Assembly (NCBI GenBank): GCA_963662285.2
Contig: CAXXMV010000001.1
Span: 448,001-512,000 of the forward strand
DNA: 64,000 nucleotides
DNA from: a bacterium
Lineage (GTDB): Bacteria; Hinthialibacterota; Hinthialibacteria; Hinthialibacterales; Hinthialibacteraceae
Direction: 5' to 3'
Shown here: piece after piece, positions 18,748-28,276 of the stretch
Position numbering within the stretch: position 1 is the first letter of the stretch
How the letters are laid out: each line of letters starts with the position of its first letter
Made by a program: the position numbers and the translations under genes
Notes under the pieces: generated by a model
Seen by the model: only the letters and a program-made list of their open reading frames with translations
Database searches by the model: none
Told to the model about the DNA's origin: nothing

Positions 18748-19995
18748 TCAAGTCTTGGCAGAGCGGGAAAGCGTCATAAGCGTGAAATCATCCATCCTAT
18801 CGCGGTCTTGACGGAATGATTCTGTTTCATCGAAAATTCGCTGCACCAGTTCATTACAGGAGCATTGATTGTTAATCAGGAAAACTTCTCGCAAGCGGTC
18901 GGCGCCGAAAAATTCGTTTTGCTTGTTTTGGATATCCGTCACGCCATCAGTAAAGAAGAGGATTTTATCTCCCGGTTGAAGCGTGATACGCCGTTCTTCA
19001 TACTCTTCCATCTCAAATGTACGCAACGGAAAAGAAGGCTCGTTCTTCATATCAAAGATTACATTATCACTCGCTATATAATGCATTAGCGGTACATGCC
19101 CCGCGTGAGAATAAACCATTTCCATAGTCTGGATATTTAAAACCGCATAGAACATTGTGACGTAATGATCTGAAGAAAGATTGGCGTTAAGTTTATCGTT
19201 AAACAAAAACAGCGCTTGCTGAGGACTAACGATTCCCTTGCCGAATTCTTTAACCACCATCTGGGTTAATGCCATTACAACCGCCGCCGCAGTACCATGA
19301 CCGGCAATGTCGGCAATTACTAATCCCCAATGATCCTCATCAATCTGAATCACATCATAATAATCGCCGCCGACTTTGATTGAGGGATGATACAGCGCTG
19401 CCAGTTCCAATTCAGCATGATAGGGGAAAATATCGGGTAAAAAGGAACGTTGCATCTTAGCCGTTTCGCTAAGTTCACGATCCATGAGGCGTTGGGCGTG
19501 GGACAATTGGCGGTGGCTCTCTTCCACGCTGTTTTTCAAAGCATGAATCTGCATATGGGAACGAATCATAGATAATAATTGTTTATTACTAAGATGTGAA
19601 ATGCGGTCCCATTCTTCAGGATTAGAATTTTCTCCTGATATTGATTCTCTGTTCCTTAAAAACAGAAAACAATCGTCCACTTCCTTAAGTGTAGTAAAAT
19701 CCTGTTGAGGGACGCCATTGACAGATTCGAGATAAATAAAAGGAACGTTTCGAAAAGAACAAGTGATTGAATTTCGAATTTGTATGCAAATATCATTTAT
19801 ATTACGCGTCAAGTTGGAACCGTTTATCAATACTAAATCAGGATAAATATATTCAATAACATGCAGAGCTTCTTCGACCGAGACAGCTTTGAAAACGTTA
19901 TAATGTTCTTCTGTTAAAAGACATATAATATCTTTTGTATCATTAGAAGAACAATCAATTAATAAAACAGTATTTCCCAAATTTTCGGAATTCAT
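18748..19995 (-). CDS. PP2C/SpoIIE-type Ser/Thr phosphatase with degenerate N-terminal receiver domain
   Basis: VGGDYYD, IADIAGHG, SHAGH, FFTDGVTD, DDFTLM; receiver-like N-terminus PDLVLIN. Confidence 0.9.
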   Translation of the reverse strand: MNSENLGNTVLLIDCSSNDTKDIICLLTEEHYNVFKAVSVEEALHVIEYIYPDLVLINGSNLTRNINDICIQIRNSITCSFRNVPFIYLESVNGVPQQDFTTLKEVDDCFLFLRNRESISGENSNPEEWDRISHLSNKQLLSMIRSHMQIHALKNSVEESHRQLSHAQRLMDRELSETAKMQRSFLPDIFPYHAELELAALYHPSIKVGGDYYDVIQIDEDHWGLVIADIAGHGTAAAVVMALTQMVVKEFGKGIVSPQQALFLFNDKLNANLSSDHYVTMFYAVLNIQTMEMVYSHAGHVPLMHYIASDNVIFDMKNEPSFPLRTFEMEEYEERRITLQPGDKILFFTDGVTDIQNKQNEFFGADRLREVFLINNQCSCNELVQRIFDETESFRQDRDRMDDFTLMTLSRSAKT

Positions 19996-20186
19996 TCCTA
20001 CACCAATAGAAAAAACCTAAATCATTAAAGAGATTCTCAGAATAACATACGCCAAAGTATTGAACCTTGCCCATTGCAAAAAGCGACATATTTCTATTCA
20101 AAAAAATATCACTTATATAAAGGATACCCTAACCTTGTCGAATATCAATCCACAAAAAAAATCATACCTATAAAATCATGACTTCA

Positions 20187-23100
20187 TTACGAGGAGATAG
20201 GTAAAGAAACGACGATCTCCCGATTTTCAGCCTGATCAATGGATCGGCAAAAATCTACGAATCGATGATAGGCTTCCGGTTCAATATTCTGTTCTGGAAT
20301 AAGGAAAGATCTTTTAATAACAAGATTATTCCCATCCCATGTATAAAATAGTGAATAGAAGCCGAATTCAGAGATGATAAGAGTATTATCCGGCAAGGCA
20401 ATAGCAGCGCCCTGGTCGAGATAATATGAAAAATCGATCCTAACATCAAGAGGATCATTAATGACGCTGGAGCGAAACTCCATGCGGAACTGCCTGGTTG
20501 GTTCGCTGACGATGGAAGATGCGTTAGAACGGGCTAACACGGGCGACACTTTTATTGTTCGTTCACCTGAAGGTTTGGCAATATCCGGCAAAACGCCATG
20601 GAATTCCAAACGGGGCGGCAAAGTCAAATCATCAAGCTGAACAATATCAGACTCTTCAACCTTGATTCCCCTCAAATCGCGAGCCAGTTGCGAATCGGCC
20701 AGACGTTTTTTAACTTCCGGATTGGTGAGCGCTTCGCGAATCTGGCGGTCGAACGTATTTTCGTATGAGTAATGACCGTTGATTAATGCTGAGTGATCTT
20801 CGCGCAGAGTGAGATTGAAATAACGGTCGATTATTCCAGTCTCCCATAACAATGGATTCAACGGTTCAAAAAATGGCGCTGTCTCATCAAGAACTAAGGA
20901 TATTTGTTTATTCATGCGTGGATCAATGCTTCCAGCAGCGGCGAAACGACTGGAGAAATCAAGCAAAATCCGTTGCGCAATCTCTTCCTGACGGGGTATA
21001 ACGAGAACTATCGAGCCGGGGTAGGAAAGAACCGGCATGGGTCGATATCCACTGCTTTGCTCATTATCGACCGTCATAGCGATGCGGGTTTTTATTCCCC
21101 CATAATTAAGCAGCTGCCGCACAAGGCGCAGTTTCTGATATCCTCCACCAGCGCCGAGAACAATAGTATCGGCAGTGGTGGAACCACCGGAGGTCTCTTC
21201 GATATTAGAGCGAACATAATTGAAGACGCTGGTAATATATTCCTGCTTGGATGATGCTTCCGTTTTGAGTTTTTGGGCGAGTTCAGTTATTTCGGTTGAT
21301 GCTTCTTCAGAACCCCATATTGAAATTCTTTGCCGTTCAGCAAAAGTAAGCCAGTCAGGGCAAGTGCTCCATTGAATTGATGGAACCCGCTGAGAGAGCG
21401 ATGGAGCGAATCGTTCATTCTTCAATCCTTCAGACATTTCTTTAGACCACGTATAAACGACCTGAGCATTTTCCCGTTTAATCTCCGGATTAAAGTCATC
21501 TGGATTAAGGTCAAAGTGAAACGGGATATGTTCGGGTTTAACAATGGTCAATTGCGATAATAGCATGGGATCATCATCCGAACCGAAGAAATATCCCCCG
21601 CCGGAATAATTGACGCCGGGATCGCTTCGTCCCGTACGGTCAATGTAGGCGTATTCCAGAATAACCCCTGGCTCGATGCCATACATGGATAGAGATTGTT
21701 GTCCGCTTAAATCCTGCACATGCGAGACATCCCACTCAGTACCATCGGGAGTGATGGTGCGCGCCATAATGATTTCGACATTACCGCCTTTGGGAATGAC
21801 CGTCTCCGCCCATTTCTGCATACCTTCCTGGTTTTGGATTTTGATGGCCTGATGGATATATTGATCGTAGGTCCCGTCGTCATGCATATCAACAACCATC
21901 AGATCGAGTAGATAAATGACCGAAGCGCGGGAAGTCTTCCATCGATCAGCCTTGCTTATATCGACGTCATCCAATTGCACGTCGTATTTTTGATATGGGA
22001 AACCGTCAACTCCGCCAGCATCGCGTAAGGCGCGAAATGGCCTCATTCTTCTTGGAGCGATCTGGAATGCCTCCTCATAAAAGGCCAGGGAGGAAGTTTT
22101 ATTTGAATCCAGCAAATCCAAGGCGGCGATTCTTTCATACAAACCTGGATTATCAGGAAATGTCTTGAGCATCTCACTGTACCACTCGCGGGCTTCATTA
22201 AGTTTTCCCTGCCGTTCGAGAATTGTACCTAAAAGGAAAGAATATTGTTCACGACTTGGATGAATGCGAATGGCCTTGTTAACATAATCCAGCGCCTTGG
22301 TTATCGCAACTGATTTAGAATCGCTTCGGGAAGCCCTTTCCAGAAATGGTTCATAAGCAGGAAACCGATCCAAGGCTTGGGTGATAATATCCGTTGCGCG
22401 ATCCAGTTCATTATGACCTTGGTAATAATCGAACAGATAGTTATAGGTTTCGTAAGAGACTAACCAATCTTTTAAGGATTGATTGAATAACTTGATGGAA
22501 TCCTCTTTGAAATTCTTTTGATCATACAGAATACCCAGTGAATAGTTGATCACTCCTTCATTAACATTTTTTCGAATATCCGGGTATTTGGTTAAATGAT
22601 CTTTAAAATTATCGAGCGCTTGATCGATTTGCGCACGATCAAGATAATAAGCGACCAGTTCAGTCATGGCGGATATGCAATAGGGATCATTACTTAGGGC
22701 CTTGCTTAAAGAAGTTTCAGCTTCCTGATAAAACCGCAATTTCGATCCGGGTCGTGAGCGGGCCAGTTGAAGAGAGACGTCGCCATGCAACGCATGAAGC
22801 AGAGCGAAATCCGGCGCAATTTTTTGCGCCTGTTCGAAATATAACCGTGCGGCTTGATACTCTGCGCGATTCAAATGCCATGAGGCGAGAAATACGGCTT
22901 CAGAGATTACCTGCGCTTCTGTTTTACTCTCAGACAATGCCAATGGATAAGGAGATGAGACCACGCTGCATTCCAAAGGTCTGGAGGTTTTCACTTCAAA
23001 CGGCGTCAGGAAGAGAGATTCAAAATCGGATGATTGAAATGGAATAGAAGATATATATAGTTTTTCTTCATCTTTAGATATCAAAGAAGATCGAACCCAC

Positions 23101-23999
23101 CAACTGCCACTGGTTTTTTGAGATTTCACCACAAGAAGATTCTTGCCTTTACGGACAGGGATGGACGCAGTATGCAATTTGGCTGTATCCAAAAGAAGAT
23201 AAGTCTTCTCCATAATGGGCTGCCCATTAAACCAAATCTGGAAATCGGCGGGTGATTGAATAGTGAGCCATGCTTCTGCATCTGTTTGGGATTCGAAAGC
23301 GTTGAAAGCATACGCGATACCAGTATCGGGATGTATCAGGGAACTGAACTCGATCAGACCGGCCAAATCAGGATTATCGATATTTTGGACTGAAACCTTG
23401 CCGCGCCATCCTTGATATTCATCCTGCAAGCCTTTTTCTGGACCGAAAGGATTGAACAAATCCGCAGCGCCATAGCGCCCGAAAGGTCCAACCACCGCCC
23501 AATGATTCAACAGAACACCCGCTTCCTGCGCTGCTTTTTTTACATTTTCATCTAGAAGCATATCAAGCGTTTCCATCCATTCATGGGCTAATATCTGGCG
23601 GTGAATGAAAGAAGTTGAATTCTCGATAGCCTTTTGCAGAAGGGCGGCCCGATCACTGGCTTTCCATCCATGAAATTCCGAGTTTCCCCACATGGATAAA
23701 TATGCCGGTAAAAATTGGCTCCGGGGATAATCATTTAACAGGCGGGTAAGGATTTCAGCCATCTCCGGCGCCTGGCCTCTCGCCCAGGCGGCTAGATACA
23801 ATCCCTGAAGAGCCTCTTCGCCGGGGTTGCTTTCCAACTGTTTGGCAAATTCTGTTTGCGCCGCATCGATCTGATTCGTGATCAATGAATCCCAGGCGGA
23901 TTCCATTGATGCATTGACGCTTGCCGTAATTAGCAGTCCTAAGCAAATAAAAGTGGTGATATGAATAGAGAAGCGATTAGTCTTCATCTTTTTTTGCAT
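20187..23999 (-). CDS. Exported TPR + DUF3857 + inactive transglutaminase-like protein
   Basis: Signal peptide, WAVVGPF domain, TPRs, DUF3857 features (HQAIKIQNQEG, ARTITPDG, IEPGVILEY); no catalytic Cys motif. Confidence 0.8.
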   Translation of the reverse strand: MQKKMKTNRFSIHITTFICLGLLITASVNASMESAWDSLITNQIDAAQTEFAKQLESNPGEEALQGLYLAAWARGQAPEMAEILTRLLNDYPRSQFLPAYLSMWGNSEFHGWKASDRAALLQKAIENSTSFIHRQILAHEWMETLDMLLDENVKKAAQEAGVLLNHWAVVGPFGRYGAADLFNPFGPEKGLQDEYQGWRGKVSVQNIDNPDLAGLIEFSSLIHPDTGIAYAFNAFESQTDAEAWLTIQSPADFQIWFNGQPIMEKTYLLLDTAKLHTASIPVRKGKNLLVVKSQKTSGSWWVRSSLISKDEEKLYISSIPFQSSDFESLFLTPFEVKTSRPLECSVVSSPYPLALSESKTEAQVISEAVFLASWHLNRAEYQAARLYFEQAQKIAPDFALLHALHGDVSLQLARSRPGSKLRFYQEAETSLSKALSNDPYCISAMTELVAYYLDRAQIDQALDNFKDHLTKYPDIRKNVNEGVINYSLGILYDQKNFKEDSIKLFNQSLKDWLVSYETYNYLFDYYQGHNELDRATDIITQALDRFPAYEPFLERASRSDSKSVAITKALDYVNKAIRIHPSREQYSFLLGTILERQGKLNEAREWYSEMLKTFPDNPGLYERIAALDLLDSNKTSSLAFYEEAFQIAPRRMRPFRALRDAGGVDGFPYQKYDVQLDDVDISKADRWKTSRASVIYLLDLMVVDMHDDGTYDQYIHQAIKIQNQEGMQKWAETVIPKGGNVEIIMARTITPDGTEWDVSHVQDLSGQQSLSMYGIEPGVILEYAYIDRTGRSDPGVNYSGGGYFFGSDDDPMLLSQLTIVKPEHIPFHFDLNPDDFNPEIKRENAQVVYTWSKEMSEGLKNERFAPSLSQRVPSIQWSTCPDWLTFAERQRISIWGSEEASTEITELAQKLKTEASSKQEYITSVFNYVRSNIEETSGGSTTADTIVLGAGGGYQKLRLVRQLLNYGGIKTRIAMTVDNEQSSGYRPMPVLSYPGSIVLVIPRQEEIAQRILLDFSSRFAAAGSIDPRMNKQISLVLDETAPFFEPLNPLLWETGIIDRYFNLTLREDHSALINGHYSYENTFDRQIREALTNPEVKKRLADSQLARDLRGIKVEESDIVQLDDLTLPPRLEFHGVLPDIAKPSGERTIKVSPVLARSNASSIVSEPTRQFRMEFRSSVINDPLDVRIDFSYYLDQGAAIALPDNTLIISEFGFYSLFYTWDGNNLVIKRSFLIPEQNIEPEAYHRFVDFCRSIDQAENREIVVSLPISS

Positions 24000-24067
24000 C
24001 CTTTTTATGTTGAACGTTCTTTCAAATTAGCAATTCAGGTTTGGCTTAAGCCGCACAACGATCTCAA

Positions 24068-27000
24068 TTATTTTTTGTATGATACTTTTTCATCCTGATA
24101 ATGATCTACCAGACGGCAGAATTCCCGAAATTCAGGATAGTCTTCTTTTGATACTCTTACCGGCTTAAATACAATCTCTTCTTTGATGGTGATCTCTGCG
24201 CCATCAATTTCTGAAATACGTTCAAATTTGCCAAACGGATTATCGATGCTGCGGTTTTGGGGAAGTTCTACGTCTACATGGCCGTCAGGCAATTTGATAG
24301 TAAATATATTGGTGCGGGTCCACGGGTAATTGAGGATCAAGTCGTATTCCCTTTCAGATAATGAAGCGAATCGTTGAGACATCATATCTTTGAATATGGT
24401 CGACGGCAAAATCCAGCGGTCGCCCTGTTTGACGCTGTATTGTGGAATGGTCATTTGGTAAGCCAGCCGTTCTGAGGTTGCATAATCCTGAAGGTCAGAC
24501 AGTTCAATATTAGATGATTGAGAACCGGGATAGGTTCCAACCAGAATACGGTCAACTGTCTCTTTGGCTTTTACGGGATTTTCATAGGTGCGTCGAACTA
24601 CGGGATTATAAAGCCCCCGGAATTCAGCGATACGAAATCCTTGCGCCGTCCCATCGTTATCCAAAGTCATGGCTGTTGTATAGATAGCGCCATTTTCTTC
24701 CTTATCGGAATGAGGAATTCGCTTGAACTCGTATGCTCCACCGGGTTTCACGATCAAAGTATTGGCGCCGGCATCAACGGAAGGCAGTTCGGAGGCATCA
24801 AAGAAAGTAGCCGTGCCGTCGATCCAGTATTCCTTGCCGTCGATGTCGGGCAGATAGTAAATACAGTGGTTGAATATACCAAGTGATGGCAGATCGTAAT
24901 CAATCTCGCCTTTATTGGTCGTGCGGATAATAACCAGATTGGCTTCAATGCCAATCTCTTTTAACATGGCGACGGCCAGTGAGGCTTTATCTTTGCAATC
25001 GCCATATTGAGCATTGCAAATATCATCCACTTTATGCGGTTTATAACCGTGGATGCCGAATTCCAAACCAAGATAACGAACGTCAGTATTGACGAAAGCG
25101 TTGACGGCTCGCACCTTATCCCAATCGCTTAATTCCTGGGTTGGCGAGATTTTATACTTGATACGGTAATCAGTGAGGATGCGCGCCAAAGCGTCGTGAA
25201 TCACGGCGCCGGGTATCAGTTGGTCGCGTGACAGGTTCCAGTACCATTGGGTCATATCTTCCCAGGTTTGGAAAGTGGATACTTTGAGGTATGGAATAAT
25301 TTCTGTCACTGAAGGCATCATTGGTTCGCGTGGAATCGTAGGTAGAGAACTAAATGACCATTTCCAGATTCGTTCAGAATCGCTTTCGGTTTCCAGAGGC
25401 TTTGACGCTTCATCCAAAGAAGGCGCAACCACGGATGCCGGATAGTTAGGCGCAGTATATTTATAATAAAACTCGCGTGATTTTGGGGTAATTAATACAT
25501 AATCCATACGGACGGCAGGTTCCATGAAACCATCGCCGATATAGAAGAGGTCGCCAAAGTAATCGGCGTATATGTTTTCTCCCTTATCTTTCTTTTCATA
25601 CTCCAATTCTACTACCGAGCCTTTTTCCAAACCCTGGAATTGCAGAACCGCGACATTGTAATCGCCATATAGACGATTGGCGGCGTCTCCGGCGTTGGAT
25701 GTACTTTGATGACGTGGAGCGGGAGCGTCATAAAAGGTCCCGTCCGGTTTCCAGACCCGCGCGCTAATTATCCGCACTTCCTCACTATCGCCTTCATAGT
25801 ACACTCCGCGCACCTGTTGATAACGGACTCCGGTTTCGGTGAGAATCTTGATCGCTTCGCGAACCGTTTCGCTGGAGTTCCCGTTGGCGTGCACCCTGAC
25901 AATGCGCTGATGCAGCAGCACCAGGTAATTGGCTTTCGACAGGTCCTGATCTTCCGGTTGCTGGATAGTTTTCCAGTCGACCAGGAAGGGTGAGGCATAG
26001 GTTTCTTCATTGGGCTGCAAGAACTCCATATAGTCCAGACACCACGGATCGGAGGGACGCGTAATTAAAGCTAGGCGCAATTCATTGAGCGCGTTGGCGT
26101 CATCTCCCATCTGATGATAGAGAACGGCAGATAGCCGATGCGCGTCAAACATATCGGGCGAAATTGCTAAAACTTTTTTAAGAGTCAGCAGTGCGCCTTC
26201 AAAATCATCTTTGCCTTGTTGGCGTAAAGCCGCCTGGATAAATCCCTCGGTTGAGAAAGGATTAAGCCATTGTTCGCGTTTTAATAAATCCTGCACGGCT
26301 TCTTCATCATTATTGCGCAAAGCGATGTCGCGCAGTTGCCGCACGGCGTCATATTCAAAAGGGAAATCTTCCAAAATCGATTGCAATGCGATTTGTTTGT
26401 CGGACTCAGTCATCCGGGAAGATTCCATTGAAAAAAGAAACATGCTTGCTTTGGCGCCTAAATCTTCATCACCCTGCTTCAGCAGGTCAATAGCGGCTTC
26501 CCGCAATCCTTTGCCATTAAGGATATGGGCTTGTTCTAACAGAGCAGATTGCGGTAGTTCGCGTTCTTTTTTCCAATCACGTATCAGATCAAGCCCCTTA
26601 ACGGCGTATGGTGAATTGCTGTAATTTCTTAACAGGCCAAGAAAAGCGGCTTGATCGCCTGGATCGATATCCAACGCTTTTTTATAAGCCAGCCGTTTGC
26701 GATTGCCCATTGTCTCCGAGTCGCCCTGCTCCCGCCATAAGAGAGGATTATCGGGATATTGAGTAGTCATGCTGCTTAACAATGCGTTAGCGCTGGTATC
26801 ATTTTCATCCGCGACATGCCAGCGTTGCAGCAATTGAGAGAAAAATAGTTTTTGATGAGGACTGGCGTCGGGTGATTCCGCCATAGCCCTGAGCTGTTGA
26901 ATAGGCGCCGGATCAAAATTGATTACTTGGGGCGCCTCGTTTTCGCTAACTGGCGTATGACCTGTAATATCAGGTGTATCTTGATTCACTGAAGGGGCAG

Positions 27001-27973
27001 AAACCGAAATTGAATCAGCGTTATCTGTCGCGATGCGCAGGTAAACGCCGTATTTATCTTTTTCTCCCGATGAGACTTTGAGCAGCACGGTGTTGGCGCC
27101 TGCATTGAGATGAGTCTCTATATAAACCTGATCGGGAACCGGGCGGTGGTATCGATCAGCGTTGACTAGTAGTTTTCCATTCAACCATGCTTTCAATGCG
27201 CCGCCGTGTCCGATGTAAATCTTGCAGTTCTGCGCAACGGACGATTGAACCACTGTGGTAAGATAGGTGGTTGATTCGTTGGATGGATCAACTATGGAAT
27301 GAAGGTTGATGTAGCCGTTATAAGGTTCAACAGGAACGGGACGCCATCCGATGGTCTGTCGGCGTCCTTCATAGGTAGCGGTTAGATCAAGATTCTGCTC
27401 TGGACCAAAGGCGCGTTCGTGGCCGCCTTCTTCTGCGTTGTCAAATGGTCCACAATACCAAAAACCAGTTATATAACCGGATTCAGCATAAGCCTGCGCC
27501 GATTCATCCCACCGCCCCAAACGTTTGAGCAAAAGCGCCCGGTTGCTTTTAAGCAGAGAAACAAAACGCTCGGATAGACCATCACGTTGCAATACTTTAT
27601 CGAAACAGGCCAAAGATTTCTGGAAATCCTCTTTGGAATCCAACTCTTTCAATATCTCGAATAAAAAGAGATATGCTTCCGGTTGATCATCAGCTGATTG
27701 AAATGCTTCCAGCCAATGATCCAAGGCGGCTTTATCTCCAGAAGGTCTGCTGGAGGACAAAAGCGCCAAACCGGCATGAGCCAGCGCGTCTTTAGGATTA
27801 TTGGCAATTGTTTCTTCAAACGCCTTTATCGCCTGGTCAATATCTCCATGCGCAATAAACGACGTCCAGACGTCTTCTCCGTCTGCCATGACCAAAGGCG
27901 TAGCAGCCATCAAGCATACGATTCCGATTAAACTCGCAAATACGATTCTAGAATGCAGGGATAAATTTTTCAT
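24068..27973 (-). CDS. Exported TPR + DUF3857 + transglutaminase-like protease
   Basis: Signal peptide, WYCGPF domain, TPRs, VRYLGLEFGIHGYKP, GDCKDKA, FNHCI, WIDGT (Cys-His-Asp triad). Confidence 0.88.
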   Translation of the reverse strand: MKNLSLHSRIVFASLIGIVCLMAATPLVMADGEDVWTSFIAHGDIDQAIKAFEETIANNPKDALAHAGLALLSSSRPSGDKAALDHWLEAFQSADDQPEAYLFLFEILKELDSKEDFQKSLACFDKVLQRDGLSERFVSLLKSNRALLLKRLGRWDESAQAYAESGYITGFWYCGPFDNAEEGGHERAFGPEQNLDLTATYEGRRQTIGWRPVPVEPYNGYINLHSIVDPSNESTTYLTTVVQSSVAQNCKIYIGHGGALKAWLNGKLLVNADRYHRPVPDQVYIETHLNAGANTVLLKVSSGEKDKYGVYLRIATDNADSISVSAPSVNQDTPDITGHTPVSENEAPQVINFDPAPIQQLRAMAESPDASPHQKLFFSQLLQRWHVADENDTSANALLSSMTTQYPDNPLLWREQGDSETMGNRKRLAYKKALDIDPGDQAAFLGLLRNYSNSPYAVKGLDLIRDWKKERELPQSALLEQAHILNGKGLREAAIDLLKQGDEDLGAKASMFLFSMESSRMTESDKQIALQSILEDFPFEYDAVRQLRDIALRNNDEEAVQDLLKREQWLNPFSTEGFIQAALRQQGKDDFEGALLTLKKVLAISPDMFDAHRLSAVLYHQMGDDANALNELRLALITRPSDPWCLDYMEFLQPNEETYASPFLVDWKTIQQPEDQDLSKANYLVLLHQRIVRVHANGNSSETVREAIKILTETGVRYQQVRGVYYEGDSEEVRIISARVWKPDGTFYDAPAPRHQSTSNAGDAANRLYGDYNVAVLQFQGLEKGSVVELEYEKKDKGENIYADYFGDLFYIGDGFMEPAVRMDYVLITPKSREFYYKYTAPNYPASVVAPSLDEASKPLETESDSERIWKWSFSSLPTIPREPMMPSVTEIIPYLKVSTFQTWEDMTQWYWNLSRDQLIPGAVIHDALARILTDYRIKYKISPTQELSDWDKVRAVNAFVNTDVRYLGLEFGIHGYKPHKVDDICNAQYGDCKDKASLAVAMLKEIGIEANLVIIRTTNKGEIDYDLPSLGIFNHCIYYLPDIDGKEYWIDGTATFFDASELPSVDAGANTLIVKPGGAYEFKRIPHSDKEENGAIYTTAMTLDNDGTAQGFRIAEFRGLYNPVVRRTYENPVKAKETVDRILVGTYPGSQSSNIELSDLQDYATSERLAYQMTIPQYSVKQGDRWILPSTIFKDMMSQRFASLSEREYDLILNYPWTRTNIFTIKLPDGHVDVELPQNRSIDNPFGKFERISEIDGAEITIKEEIVFKPVRVSKEDYPEFREFCRLVDHYQDEKVSYKK

Positions 27974-28246
27974 GATTTGTCCGTTTCAGGTTTTTTAATA
28001 CGATTTCCCAAAAAATCAAAACTACCAAAATCTTAACTATAGATAATCAATATGTATACGTTTATAAGGATACATAGGTCACGAAGTGAATGCGAGGGTA
28101 AATATCACAGTTCTTTTATAATCCTCCTAATTGTCAATCTTTTACTATTTGTATTAGTTAAATTGTCAACTTGAACGATATTAATGTATAGAAAGCATAA
28201 TCAATATAAAAAATCATCGATAAATCATGAAAAGTTAGGTATTTGC

Positions 28247-28275
28247 TTGAGCAGTGCGGATTGAACGTGTAATAT
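28247..28275 (+). promoter_or_regulatory. Possible sigma70-type promoter of the sigma-factor gene
   Basis: TTGAGC-17 nt-TAATAT; would favour a start at ATG 28373 rather than 28277. Confidence 0.35.
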
Positions 28276-28276
28276 T

